From an uncultured Gammaproteobacteria bacterium (GTDB lineage Bacteria > Patescibacteriota > Microgenomatia > CAYGWK01), in assembly GCA_964353785.1 (NCBI GenBank), contig CAYGWK010000004.1, positions 22,730-86,729 on the forward strand: DNA of 64,000 bases. The letters run 5' to 3'. Under the pieces are notes generated by a model. The model did no database searches and was not told the origin of the DNA. It saw only the letters and a list, made by a program, of their open reading frames with translations. Of the stretch, positions 38,176 to 46,457 are shown piece by piece. Every line of letters begins with the position of its first letter. The first letter of the stretch is position 1. The position numbers were made by a program, and so were the translations under genes.

Positions 38176-38419
38176 ACAAATTCCTCCTGGAAAAGTAGCG
38201 ACTTATGGGAAGATTGCGGCTAAAATAGGAAATCCCCGAGCAGCCCGAGCCGTTGGCAATGCTCTTCACCGAAATCCTGACCCCAAAAACATTCCTTGCT
38301 ATCGAGTAGTAGATAGAAATGGTAGGCTGGCGCCGGGTTTTAGAGAACAGAAAAGAAAACTTTTGGCTGAAGGAGTAAAATTTAAAGATGGAAATCATGT
38401 ATGTCTAAAGTCTTTATAG
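38135..38419 (+). CDS. MGMT-family DNA-binding domain protein (Ogt/alkyltransferase-like)
   Basis: Active-site-like IPCYRVV (Ogt consensus PCHRV) within a ~90-aa winged-helix domain. Confidence 0.7.
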   Translation: MKESLSQKIYAVVKQIPPGKVATYGKIAAKIGNPRAARAVGNALHRNPDPKNIPCYRVVDRNGRLAPGFREQKRKLLAEGVKFKDGNHVCLKSL

Positions 38420-39153
38420 GAACTTCGGGTTTTATGTATTCTCACTGGAAGGGAGAATTTTACCCCAAAGATTTACCCCAAAGAGAGTGGTTTGAATATT
38501 ATTGTCAGCATTTTGACTCGGTTGAACTTAATGTTTCTTTTTATCGCCTGCCCAAAAAAGAAGTATTTGCTGGTTGGCGAAGAAAAGCAGGTAAAAACTT
38601 TGTTTTTTCCATTAAAGGTAGCCGATTTATTACCCACATTAAGAAATTAAAAGATTGCCAGGAAGCGGTGGAGAGATTTTTTGAAGCCGCAGATTCCTTA
38701 AGAGGTCGGACCTCTCAGGAGGTCCGACCTCACCAGGGAAGGAATATCATTCTTTGGCAGCTTCCGCCAGGCTTAAAAGTAAATTCAGAAAGACTGGAGT
38801 TGTTCTTAAAAATCCTGCCCAAAGATTTTCGTCATGCCTTTGAGTTTCGCAGTTCGACATGGCTCACTGTAAAGGTTTGTGAATTGCTTCGGAAATATAA
38901 TTCCGCAGTTGTTTTTCAAGATTATCCTGATTGGCCGATTACTCGGGAGGAAACCGCTGATTTCGTCTATATCAGATTCCACGGAAACCGCGACCTTTAT
39001 TCTTCTGAATACACTGATGAGGAATTAAGAGAATGGGCAAAAAGAATTAAAAAATATTTAAAAGAGGGAAGTGATATCTATGTATATTTCAACAACGATG
39101 CATTGGGCTATGCAATTTCTAACGCTTTGACTTTGAAAAAGTTACTAGGTTGA
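38401..39153 (+). CDS. DUF72-family protein
   Basis: GTSGF...W...FYP...L.YY...F..VE.N.SFYR pattern typical of DUF72 (UPF0759). Confidence 0.7.
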   Translation: MSKVFIGTSGFMYSHWKGEFYPKDLPQREWFEYYCQHFDSVELNVSFYRLPKKEVFAGWRRKAGKNFVFSIKGSRFITHIKKLKDCQEAVERFFEAADSLRGRTSQEVRPHQGRNIILWQLPPGLKVNSERLELFLKILPKDFRHAFEFRSSTWLTVKVCELLRKYNSAVVFQDYPDWPITREETADFVYIRFHGNRDLYSSEYTDEELREWAKRIKKYLKEGSDIYVYFNNDALGYAISNALTLKKLLG

Positions 39154-39210
39154 AGATGTTTATGCCTATTTCGAGAGAAGCGAGAAACAAGGTTCTGCGT
39201 AGCAGGTTCT

Positions 39211-39280
39211 TATTTTAATAACGATGCTTTAGGGTATGCGATTTCCAATGCCCAAAGATTGAAAAAACTGGTAGAATAAA
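39211..39280. repeat. diverged direct repeat of the last ~70 bp of the DUF72 gene
   Basis: TATTTTAATAACGATGCTTTAGGGTATGCGATTTCCAATGCC...GAAAAAACTGGTAGAATAA matches 39085-39153 (pseudo C-terminus YFNNDALGYAISNA...*). Confidence 0.75.
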
Positions 39281-39283
39281 GAC

Positions 39284-39820
39284 ATGAGAAAAGAGATTTT
39301 AAGCCACCTGGTGCCGACTTTAGTCTTTCTGGTTTTGGTAACTCTGGCCCATTGGCAACTTAATTTTTCTTTAATCTTTTTCTGGTTGGGAGGGCTTTTT
39401 GGCAGTCTTTTCTTGGATATAGACCATCTTTTTTATGCCTATCTTCAGGCTCCTCACGAATTTACCTCCCAGCGGGTTAAAAGACTTTTTGAACAAAAGC
39501 AGTTTAAGGTAGGGATGATTCTTTTGTTTGAGACCCAGGAAGAGCGGGGAAGGATGATATTTCATTCGGTTCTATTTCAGATTATTCTTCTGATAGTTTG
39601 CTTTTTTGTTCTAACCTCTTCCGCCAGTTTATTCGGCAAAGGCTTGGTTTTGGGGATGCTACTTCACAGTCTGACTGATCAGGGTTTTGAATTTATCAAA
39701 AATGGGGAGATTGAGAACTGGTTTTGGCAGTTTAAGGAAAAACCTGGGATTAATCTTCAGGCAATTTACCTGGCAGTGATTTTTATCGTCTTCGTTGTTT
39801 TCTCCCTTCTCTGGATTTAA
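39284..39820 (+). CDS. membrane protein, hypothetical
   Basis: 4-5 predicted TM helices. Confidence 0.45.
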   Translation: MRKEILSHLVPTLVFLVLVTLAHWQLNFSLIFFWLGGLFGSLFLDIDHLFYAYLQAPHEFTSQRVKRLFEQKQFKVGMILLFETQEERGRMIFHSVLFQIILLIVCFFVLTSSASLFGKGLVLGMLLHSLTDQGFEFIKNGEIENWFWQFKEKPGINLQAIYLAVIFIVFVVFSLLWI

Positions 39821-39865
39821 TTTCCCTCTTGACAAACCCTCCCCTAGAGGGTATGATTTTCCAAT

Positions 39866-40138
39866 ATGACAGATAAAAAGATTAGCAATCGGATGAATTA
39901 CCTAATTGGCCATCTTAAGGCTAATTTGAGGATGGTAAAGGAAGGCAGGTACTGTATTGATATTATCCGCCAAAATCAAGCGGTGATATCCGCCTTAAAA
40001 AAAGTTAATGAACTTATCTTGGAAAATCACCTAAATACTTGTGTAACTTCGGCGATTAAAGGCAAAAGCGAAAAAGCAAGAAAAAAAGTTTTAGAAGAAA
40101 TTGTTGAGATTTTTAAGGAAGAGGAAAATGGAAGATAA
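39866..40138 (+). CDS. CsoR/RcnR-family metal-sensing transcriptional repressor
   Basis: 90 aa; RYCIDII Cys, downstream H and C ligands (W-X-Y-Z pattern) typical of CsoR/FrmR. Confidence 0.75.
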   Translation: MTDKKISNRMNYLIGHLKANLRMVKEGRYCIDIIRQNQAVISALKKVNELILENHLNTCVTSAIKGKSEKARKKVLEEIVEIFKEEENGR

Positions 40139-40739
40139 GCCCGCTTGCTGCCAAGAAGAGAAAAAAACTTCCGGTTTTTGGCCAGGAGTTCTTTATGGAA
40201 TCCTGCCTCATAGCTTCTGCTTGGCTTTTATTGTTTTTTCTGTTTTGGGAGCCACTCTTTTAACTGGACTGATGCGTCAGGCTCTTCTTATTCCTTATTT
40301 TTTCCAAATTTTGCTTTTGATTTCTTTATTTTCAGCAACCATTTCGGCAGTGATTTATCTTAAAAGAAGCAATTTGTCACTAAGGAAGGGGATTAAGGAA
40401 AAGTGGGGATATCTTTTAACCCTCTACGGGACAACAATCGCGGTTAATTTACTTCTTTTTATGGTTATTTTTCCCTTGGTGGCAAATATGAAATCTTCCC
40501 AAAGCAGGGGAACCGTTCTTTCTCAAAGCACCCAATCAAAAATTTCTTTGGAGGTGGCAATTCCCTGTCCTGGGCATGCGCCCTTAATTATTGATGAATT
40601 AGGAAAGACTGAAGGCATAAGTTGGGTAGAATTTAAATTTCCCAATCTTTTTGAAGTTAACTTTGACTCAAGAAGGATTTCTCCTGAAGAAATCCTGAAT
40701 TTGGAGATTTTTAAGACCTTTAAGGCAAGAAGTCTGTGA
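40128..40739 (+). CDS. Cys-containing membrane protein, hypothetical (possible metal-handling)
   Basis: N-terminal ACCQEE Cys pair, 4 TM helices, C-terminal CPGH motif; immediately downstream of the CsoR-like gene. Confidence 0.4.
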   Translation: MEDKPACCQEEKKTSGFWPGVLYGILPHSFCLAFIVFSVLGATLLTGLMRQALLIPYFFQILLLISLFSATISAVIYLKRSNLSLRKGIKEKWGYLLTLYGTTIAVNLLLFMVIFPLVANMKSSQSRGTVLSQSTQSKISLEVAIPCPGHAPLIIDELGKTEGISWVEFKFPNLFEVNFDSRRISPEEILNLEIFKTFKARSL

Positions 40740-41746
40740 AAGAAGAAAATTCTTGTTGTCTTCACAAAAAGGTTTGGTATAAAGAGCCGCTTTTTATCAT
40801 TGTTGCCATAATTTTGGCAACATATCTTGTTCATCTGTTTCTTTCTTTTAAAGGAGTTTATATTCTGGCTCCGCTTTTTCAAAAGTTTTTTTCCTACCTC
40901 GGACTTTCCTGGTGGGCCATTGGCTTAGGGCTTTTAATTGGTTCCTTGATTGAAATCTTGGTGCCAGAAGAATTCATGGCCAGTGTGCTGGCCAGAGGAA
41001 GAAAAAGTATTTTTATAGCCGTGCTTCTTGGATTTCTCGCTTCGGCTTGTTCCCATGGAATTTTGGCAATTGCTGTTTCTTTGTATAAAAAGGGCGCCTC
41101 AACCGCCTCAACTTTGGCATTTCTTTTGGCTGCACCTTGGGCAAATCTGGCAATTACCATTCTTTTATTTTCTTTATTTGGGATAAAGGCTCTTTTTATT
41201 GTCGGCGGAGCAATTTTGGTGGCCACAGTTTCCGGTTTTATTTTTCAGATCTTAGAGGGGAAGGGAATAATAGAGGGAGGTATCAGAAGTATCAAAGGTA
41301 GCAAGAGTATCAAGGGTTGGTATTGGCCAGGCTGGGAAAAATTAGCTCGGGGAATAAAAGGAAGTGTTTGGTCTTTAACCAAGATGGTGGTTTGGTGGAT
41401 TTTACTTGGATTCTTCTTAGCTTCAATCTTGGGAACTTTTATTCCTGAAAGCTTCTTTCATCGCTTTTTTGGCCCAAGCATCCTTGGGGTATTGGCAACA
41501 TTGGCTTTGGCTTCGGTGATTGAGATTTGCTCCGAAGGTTCGGCCCCTTTGGCTTTTGAACTTTTTAAAAAAACCGGTGCCTTTGGCAATACTTTTGTTT
41601 TTCTTATGGCTGGAGTGGTGACTGATTTTACCGAGATCGGTATTATTTCAACTAACATTGGCAAAAGAACAGCCCTGGCTTTGATTTTAGTGACAGTTCC
41701 CCAGGTTTTGCTTCTTGGCTTCCTCTTTAACAATCTGGTAATATAG
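40736..41746 (+). CDS. COG0701/DUF318-type permease
   Basis: N-terminal SCCLHK Cys pair, two repeated multi-TM halves as in the YraQ/DUF318 permease family. Confidence 0.55.
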   Translation: MKEENSCCLHKKVWYKEPLFIIVAIILATYLVHLFLSFKGVYILAPLFQKFFSYLGLSWWAIGLGLLIGSLIEILVPEEFMASVLARGRKSIFIAVLLGFLASACSHGILAIAVSLYKKGASTASTLAFLLAAPWANLAITILLFSLFGIKALFIVGGAILVATVSGFIFQILEGKGIIEGGIRSIKGSKSIKGWYWPGWEKLARGIKGSVWSLTKMVVWWILLGFFLASILGTFIPESFFHRFFGPSILGVLATLALASVIEICSEGSAPLAFELFKKTGAFGNTFVFLMAGVVTDFTEIGIISTNIGKRTALALILVTVPQVLLLGFLFNNLVI

Positions 41747-41768
41747 AAAAAGAAAGGACGGTGAAAAA

Positions 41769-42527
41769 ATGTTTTCTTTAACGGGTAAAAAAGCCTTGGT
41801 GACTGGTGCCTCAAGGGGAATTGGTCGGGGAATTGCCCTGGCTTTGGCAAAACAGGGAGCGGATGTGGCCATAAATTATCGTTCAAATAGCGAGGAAGCG
41901 GAAAAAGTGGTTTCCGAAATCAAGGCCCAAGACAGAGACTCTTTTTCAGTCCAGGCAGATGTCTCCAATAAAGAATCAGTAGGAAAAATGTTTGCCGAAG
42001 TAAAAACAAAATGGGGAAAGTTGGATATCTTGGTTAATAATGCCGGGATTGTCCAATTTGCTCCTTTTGAGGAGCTAACAGAAGAGCAATGGGATGCAGT
42101 TTTGGACACGAATTTAAAAGGACAGTTTTTATGTAGTCAAGAGGCGGTTAAATTAATGGGATCAGGTTCAAAAATTATTAATATTGCCTCAATTGCCTCA
42201 GGCGGAGTTGGGGTTGGTTTCTCAAGAACTTCTCACTATACTGCTTCAAAAGGAGGGGTGGTCGCCTTAACCGAGAATATGGCTTTGGATTTGGCAAAAA
42301 AAGGAATTAATGTTTGCGCCATTGCTCCGGGGGTGATTGAAACGGATATGACTAAAGATATGCTTTCGGACGAGAAAGCCAAAGCAGGGATAATGGCGAG
42401 AATTCCCAAAGGGAGGTTGGGCAAACCAGAGGATATCGGAGCGGCGGCCGCCTTTTTGGCTTCAGATGAGGCAGATTATATTACTGGGTCAGTGATTTAT
42501 GTTGATGGAGGATGGCTGGCGGGGTGA
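41769..42527 (+). CDS. short-chain dehydrogenase/reductase, FabG-like
   Basis: TGASRGIGRGIA Rossmann motif, NNAG, catalytic S...Y...K (YTASKGG). Confidence 0.85.
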   Translation: MFSLTGKKALVTGASRGIGRGIALALAKQGADVAINYRSNSEEAEKVVSEIKAQDRDSFSVQADVSNKESVGKMFAEVKTKWGKLDILVNNAGIVQFAPFEELTEEQWDAVLDTNLKGQFLCSQEAVKLMGSGSKIINIASIASGGVGVGFSRTSHYTASKGGVVALTENMALDLAKKGINVCAIAPGVIETDMTKDMLSDEKAKAGIMARIPKGRLGKPEDIGAAAAFLASDEADYITGSVIYVDGGWLAG

Positions 42528-42838
42528 TAATTTTTAACGAACAAAACTTTGAGAAAGAGGTTTTAAAATCGGACTTGCCGGTTTTAGTTGATTTTTGGGC
42601 CAAGTGGTGCGGGCCGTGCCTTATGGCTGGACCGGTGATTGAGGAATTAGCCAAGGAATACGAAGGAAAGATTAAATTTGGCAAACTTAATGTTGACGAA
42701 AGCCCAAAAATAGCGGAAAAATATGGAATTTTAAGTATTCCGACAGTAATAATTTTTAAAGAAGGGAAAGAGATTAAAAGACAAGTCGGATTTCCTGGTA
42801 AGGAAATTTATAAAAAACTAATGGAGGGGATATTTTAA
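42512..42838 (+). CDS. trxA: thioredoxin
   Basis: WAKWCGPC active site. Confidence 0.9.
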   Translation: MAGGVIIFNEQNFEKEVLKSDLPVLVDFWAKWCGPCLMAGPVIEELAKEYEGKIKFGKLNVDESPKIAEKYGILSIPTVIIFKEGKEIKRQVGFPGKEIYKKLMEGIF

Positions 42839-42839
42839 A

Positions 42840-43805
42840 ATGTACGACTTAATAATCGTAGGCTCCGGACCTGCCGGAATGACGGCTTCAATTTATGCTT
42901 CTCGTTATCGCCTTAAGCATCTCGTGATTGGCAAAACCCATGGTGGTGAGATGGCGTTGGCGGGTAGAGTGGAAAATTTCCCAGGATTCAAAAGAATTTC
43001 AGGGGCGGAATTAGCCAAAAAAATGGTTGAGCACGCCCAAGATCAAGGAGGAGAGATTATTTCGGCAACGGTTATTGGGGTGAAGCAGTCAGGGGGAGAA
43101 TTTGAGGTTAGAGACGATAGTGGCAAGACTTACCAAACTAAAACCTTAATTATTGCCTCGGGCACCGAGAGGAAAAAATTAAATATTCCTGGTGAAGCGG
43201 ATTATGTTGGCAGGGGAGTTTCTTACTGCGCTATCTGCGACGGACCCTTATTTAAAGATAAAACCGTGGCCGTCATTGGCGGTGGTAATGCCGCTGTTGG
43301 TGGGGCAATTCAAATAGCAGATTATACTAAAAAAATTTATCTAATTTATCGCCGAGAAAAAGAAAAAATGCCAGCCGATCCGGCCTGGAAGGAAGAATTT
43401 GAGAAAAAATTAAAAGAGGGGAAAATTGTTGACATTTACCAGACTAATTTAACAGAAATTAAGGGCGATGGTCAAAAAGTAATAAGCATTATTTTGGATA
43501 AGCCTTATCAAGGAAGTAATGAGATTGAGGTTGACGGAGTTTTTATTGAGGTTGGTTCTGTTCCCGCGACCAATTTAGTCAAAAATCTTGGAGTAGAAAC
43601 GAGCGAGGCTGGCTATATTAAAGTTAATCCGGACCAATCAACTGGTTGTCCAGGAATTTTTGCCGCCGGGGACATTACCACCGGCTCTGGCGGGATGCAG
43701 CAAATTGTCACCGCCGCGGCTGAAGGAGCAATTGCCGCTGCCTCGGTTTATCAATTTCTTCACCAAGGAGAAACTCCCGCCCCATCCTGGGGCAGAAAGC
43801 CTTGA
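42840..43805 (+). CDS. trxB: thioredoxin-disulfide reductase
   Basis: GSGPAG FAD motif, redox-active CAICDG, GGGNAA NADPH motif. Confidence 0.9.
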   Translation: MYDLIIVGSGPAGMTASIYASRYRLKHLVIGKTHGGEMALAGRVENFPGFKRISGAELAKKMVEHAQDQGGEIISATVIGVKQSGGEFEVRDDSGKTYQTKTLIIASGTERKKLNIPGEADYVGRGVSYCAICDGPLFKDKTVAVIGGGNAAVGGAIQIADYTKKIYLIYRREKEKMPADPAWKEEFEKKLKEGKIVDIYQTNLTEIKGDGQKVISIILDKPYQGSNEIEVDGVFIEVGSVPATNLVKNLGVETSEAGYIKVNPDQSTGCPGIFAAGDITTGSGGMQQIVTAAAEGAIAAASVYQFLHQGETPAPSWGRKP

Positions 43806-43982
43806 CAGGGTCGTGACAGGGTTCGTCCCTGTCAGACCCGTTTGACAAAAGCCTATAAAATGGGTAAAATTCTGGCAAATCCTAAAAAATCTGTCCAAGA
43901 TACAGCATCTTGGGCTTTGCAGGTTTTTGTAGGAGATTGTTCTTTGAGAATTGAGGGTGGAGAATAAAAAGGAGGGAAGAGG

Positions 43983-44207
43983 ATGGCTGAAGCCATACGG
44001 GCATTTGGGACGCTCGGTGGAGGTGCTCAGATCTTGGTGGTAGTGATGGTGATAGCAGTGGCAGCGGTTGTGGAATCTGTTATGGGAAACTTCTTCAGAT
44101 TTCTCACAGAATGCTGCCGTACTTATCGCCATTATCGTCCGCCAGACAAACCACCAAAAGAAAAAAAGCCAGGCCGCTCTCGGGTGGCTGAAAAAGGCGC
44201 TCCTTGA
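43983..44207 (+). CDS. small TM protein in GC-rich islet
   Basis: 74 aa, strong RBS AAAGGAGGG, single hydrophobic helix, basic Pro/Lys tail. Confidence 0.4.
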   Translation: MAEAIRAFGTLGGGAQILVVVMVIAVAAVVESVMGNFFRFLTECCRTYRHYRPPDKPPKEKKPGRSRVAEKGAP

Positions 44208-44235
44208 GAGCTAGAAATCTAGAAGGAGGTAAGAA

Positions 44236-44400
44236 ATGTTGGATTTAGATGAGCGGGGTCAGGGCTCGATCAGACTGCTGGTTGGGGATTTGCTAACCCT
44301 CTTTCTCATTCTCTGTCTCGCCGCTGTCGTTATCGCCATGATATGGGTAGTCCTCGGACCTGACATCCAGAATGTCTGGGGTCGCCTGACAGCTCCTTAA
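44236..44400 (+). CDS. small TM protein in GC-rich islet
   Basis: 54 aa, strong RBS AGAAGGAGG 7 nt upstream, one long hydrophobic helix; not in the ORF track (below size cutoff). Confidence 0.35.
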   Translation: MLDLDERGQGSIRLLVGDLLTLFLILCLAAVVIAMIWVVLGPDIQNVWGRLTAP

Positions 44401-44414
44401 CGGAGACGCAAGAC

Positions 44415-44462
44415 GGGGCGGTAATATAGTCTTAAATAGTGGGTTTGAATCCCACCCGCCCC
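44415..44462 (+). other. tRNA-like minihelix (acceptor stem + T-arm only)
   Basis: GGGGCGG...GTGGG-TTTGAAT-CCCAC-CCGCCCC: a perfect 7-bp acceptor stem and canonical T-arm with only 17 nt between. Confidence 0.4.
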
Positions 44463-44533
44463 CTTCTTTTCTCCACCCTCTCTTTTTCTTAGGCTTGACA
44501 TTAGGAGAGTTTGGTGGTAGGATACCGAAAGTT

Positions 44534-44719
44534 ATGGCAAAGCTGCCTCAAGTTGATAAAGGAACTTGTATTGGGTGCGGAACCTGCACGGTTTTAGCCC
44601 CAAAGACATTTAAACTTGGAAAAGACGGAAAAGCAGAGGTAATCAACCCGCCAGGGGATGAAGAGGAAAAGATTAAAGAAGCGATTGATTCTTGCCCGGT
44701 AAACGCTATTAAATTATGA
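44534..44719 (+). CDS. small ferredoxin-like Fe-S protein
   Basis: CIGCGTC...CP cysteine pattern in a ~60-aa protein. Confidence 0.65.
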   Translation: MAKLPQVDKGTCIGCGTCTVLAPKTFKLGKDGKAEVINPPGDEEEKIKEAIDSCPVNAIKL

Positions 44720-45300
44720 ACGAAGAACGCAAAATTACTAATTTTACTGTCCCAATACTAGTTGTTTTGCTGGCCGTAGCCGCCTTTTTGGCTGGCAGTT
44801 TCTTTACCCGGATTCAATATCTTGAGAAAGGCAAAGCGGGAACTGCCCAAGTGACGCCAACGCCTCAGGTAGTTGGAGAACAAGAGTCCACAGAAGAATT
44901 GCCAACGACGATTGGGCAATTTTTAGTGACAAAAAACGAGGTTTGTAAAGAGGATGACAAACCCTTGGTTTATTTCTTCGGTTCCAGCACTTGCCCCCAT
45001 TGTACCTGGGAAAAACCGGTGATGCAAAGGGTGGTAAAAAAATTTACGGGCCTTATTTCTTATCACGAAAATTTTGATAGCAAAGCAGATCAAGATGTAC
45101 TTGAGAGATTTCAAGATATTAATCCAGGCTACGTGCCCTTTTTGGTTTTCGGATGCAAATATGCCAGACTAGGAAGCGGGGAGACAGACGGAGAAGCGGC
45201 AGAGGAGAAAAATTTAACCGCCTTGATTTGTAAATTAACAGAGGGTGAGCCAACCGAGGTGTGTAAGGAAGTTTCTGACTTGATTGAGCAAATAGAATAA
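44716..45300 (+). CDS. membrane-anchored thioredoxin-fold thiol:disulfide oxidoreductase (DsbA-like)
   Basis: N-terminal TM, FGSSTCPHCTWEKP CxxC active site. Confidence 0.65.
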   Translation: MNEERKITNFTVPILVVLLAVAAFLAGSFFTRIQYLEKGKAGTAQVTPTPQVVGEQESTEELPTTIGQFLVTKNEVCKEDDKPLVYFFGSSTCPHCTWEKPVMQRVVKKFTGLISYHENFDSKADQDVLERFQDINPGYVPFLVFGCKYARLGSGETDGEAAEEKNLTALICKLTEGEPTEVCKEVSDLIEQIE

Positions 45301-45339
45301 TTTTGCAGGAAAGTGGTTTTAAATTCCCGCCAAAGGCGG

Positions 45340-45510
45340 GATTTTTTTGTGTTTTGCGACTTAAAGAGTTCGGGTATGAACTTGTTGCTTGGTTTCGTCA
45401 TGGCATCCCCGCACCAATTCTGGTGCGGGGTCGCCCTCGGATTCTGAAATCCGAAAGTCGAGTTGTGTTTCGGAGTCCTCGGGCTTGCCAGGTGAAACCT
45501 GCGCAAAAGT
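45340..45510. repeat. GC-rich noncoding repeat element, copy 2 (candidate structured RNA)
   Basis: Conserved blocks shared with 12745-12905; internal hairpins GCACCAATTCTGGTGC and CGGATTCTGAAATCCG. Confidence 0.5.
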
Positions 45511-45588
45511 TATACCCTCACTCTTCGATCTGATAGTCTGATTCTCTGATCCTCTGAGTTTTCCGAGTTTTCTGATAGAATATTCTAG

Positions 45589-45861
45589 ATGGCTCATACC
45601 ATCGTCCATCACCTTTTTATTGCTTTTAGGGCGATTGTGCGGGGTTTGGTGCTTTTAGCAGTCTGGATTGCGGTTTCCTTAACTGGACTCTTTTTCTGGA
45701 GCCAATTTTCCTCACCAATAAATCTTATAATCGGCGGACCTTTGTTTTTAATTGGGGTGATGATGGGTTTGTCTACCTTATACGAGACAACTGTCGGGAT
45801 TATCTCCTGGCGGTGGGGGAAAACCCATTGTCCTTTTTGCCAGAATAAGGCTTCTTCTTGA
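45589..45861 (+). CDS. small membrane protein, hypothetical
   Basis: 90 aa, two TM helices, C-terminal CPFC. Confidence 0.4.
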   Translation: MAHTIVHHLFIAFRAIVRGLVLLAVWIAVSLTGLFFWSQFSSPINLIIGGPLFLIGVMMGLSTLYETTVGIISWRWGKTHCPFCQNKASS

Positions 45862-46415
45862 CATTTGCTCGGTTCTAGTGTAAATTGCCTCTAACTTCTG
45901 CCTTTTTTACCCGCCAAGAATTGCTCTTCGAGCCGCGCTACGAACAGTAGGTAAGGCGAGAAGCAAGATTCGGCGGGCCTGCTCCAAAATTCTCCTGTCC
46001 AGAAAGGCTTTTTTATGCTTTACTGGGGTCTTTTTACCTTTGGCTACTGCCTTGGAGCGATTTTTGCCACCGCTATATTTTCAAGAAACACGGAATAACA
46101 CGGAAATCGAACGTGTTTGGATAAATAAGTTATTCACTAAAATCGCTAGTTTTGTTTTTAACTGCCGGTTATTCCTCAGAGACATAGAATTACATGGAAA
46201 ATATCGAGGCTATAGTTTTAGTGGTAAGGCTAGTTTCCCTGATTGACTATCTGATAATAGAATACTATATTAAACAAATTTTCAGCGATAATATAAACCT
46301 ATAAAAAAATTTCTTCCTCATTTTAGTCTCAAAAATAGCATTTTTTGACGGTTTTTAATTTTTGGCTTTACGCTTGATAGTCAAAATTCTCCAAAATTGT
46401 CCTAACTCATAGCCA

Positions 46416-46449
46416 CTTGACAAGAGTACCCATGAAAGGTAACAATATT
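46416..46449 (+). promoter_or_regulatory. conserved promoter/operator-like motif upstream of HTH-GT2 gene A
   Basis: CTTGACAAG-N-TACCCA-N-GTAACAAT shared with 56459-56492 and 50990-51015. Confidence 0.45.
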
Positions 46450-46457
46450 AGTAGGTA

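Noticed and set aside
46040-46246. ORF 46040..46246 (+) in the long leader region
   Set aside because: There is no RBS, its composition is unlike neighbouring genes, and it lies in the conserved-motif-bearing noncoding leader.
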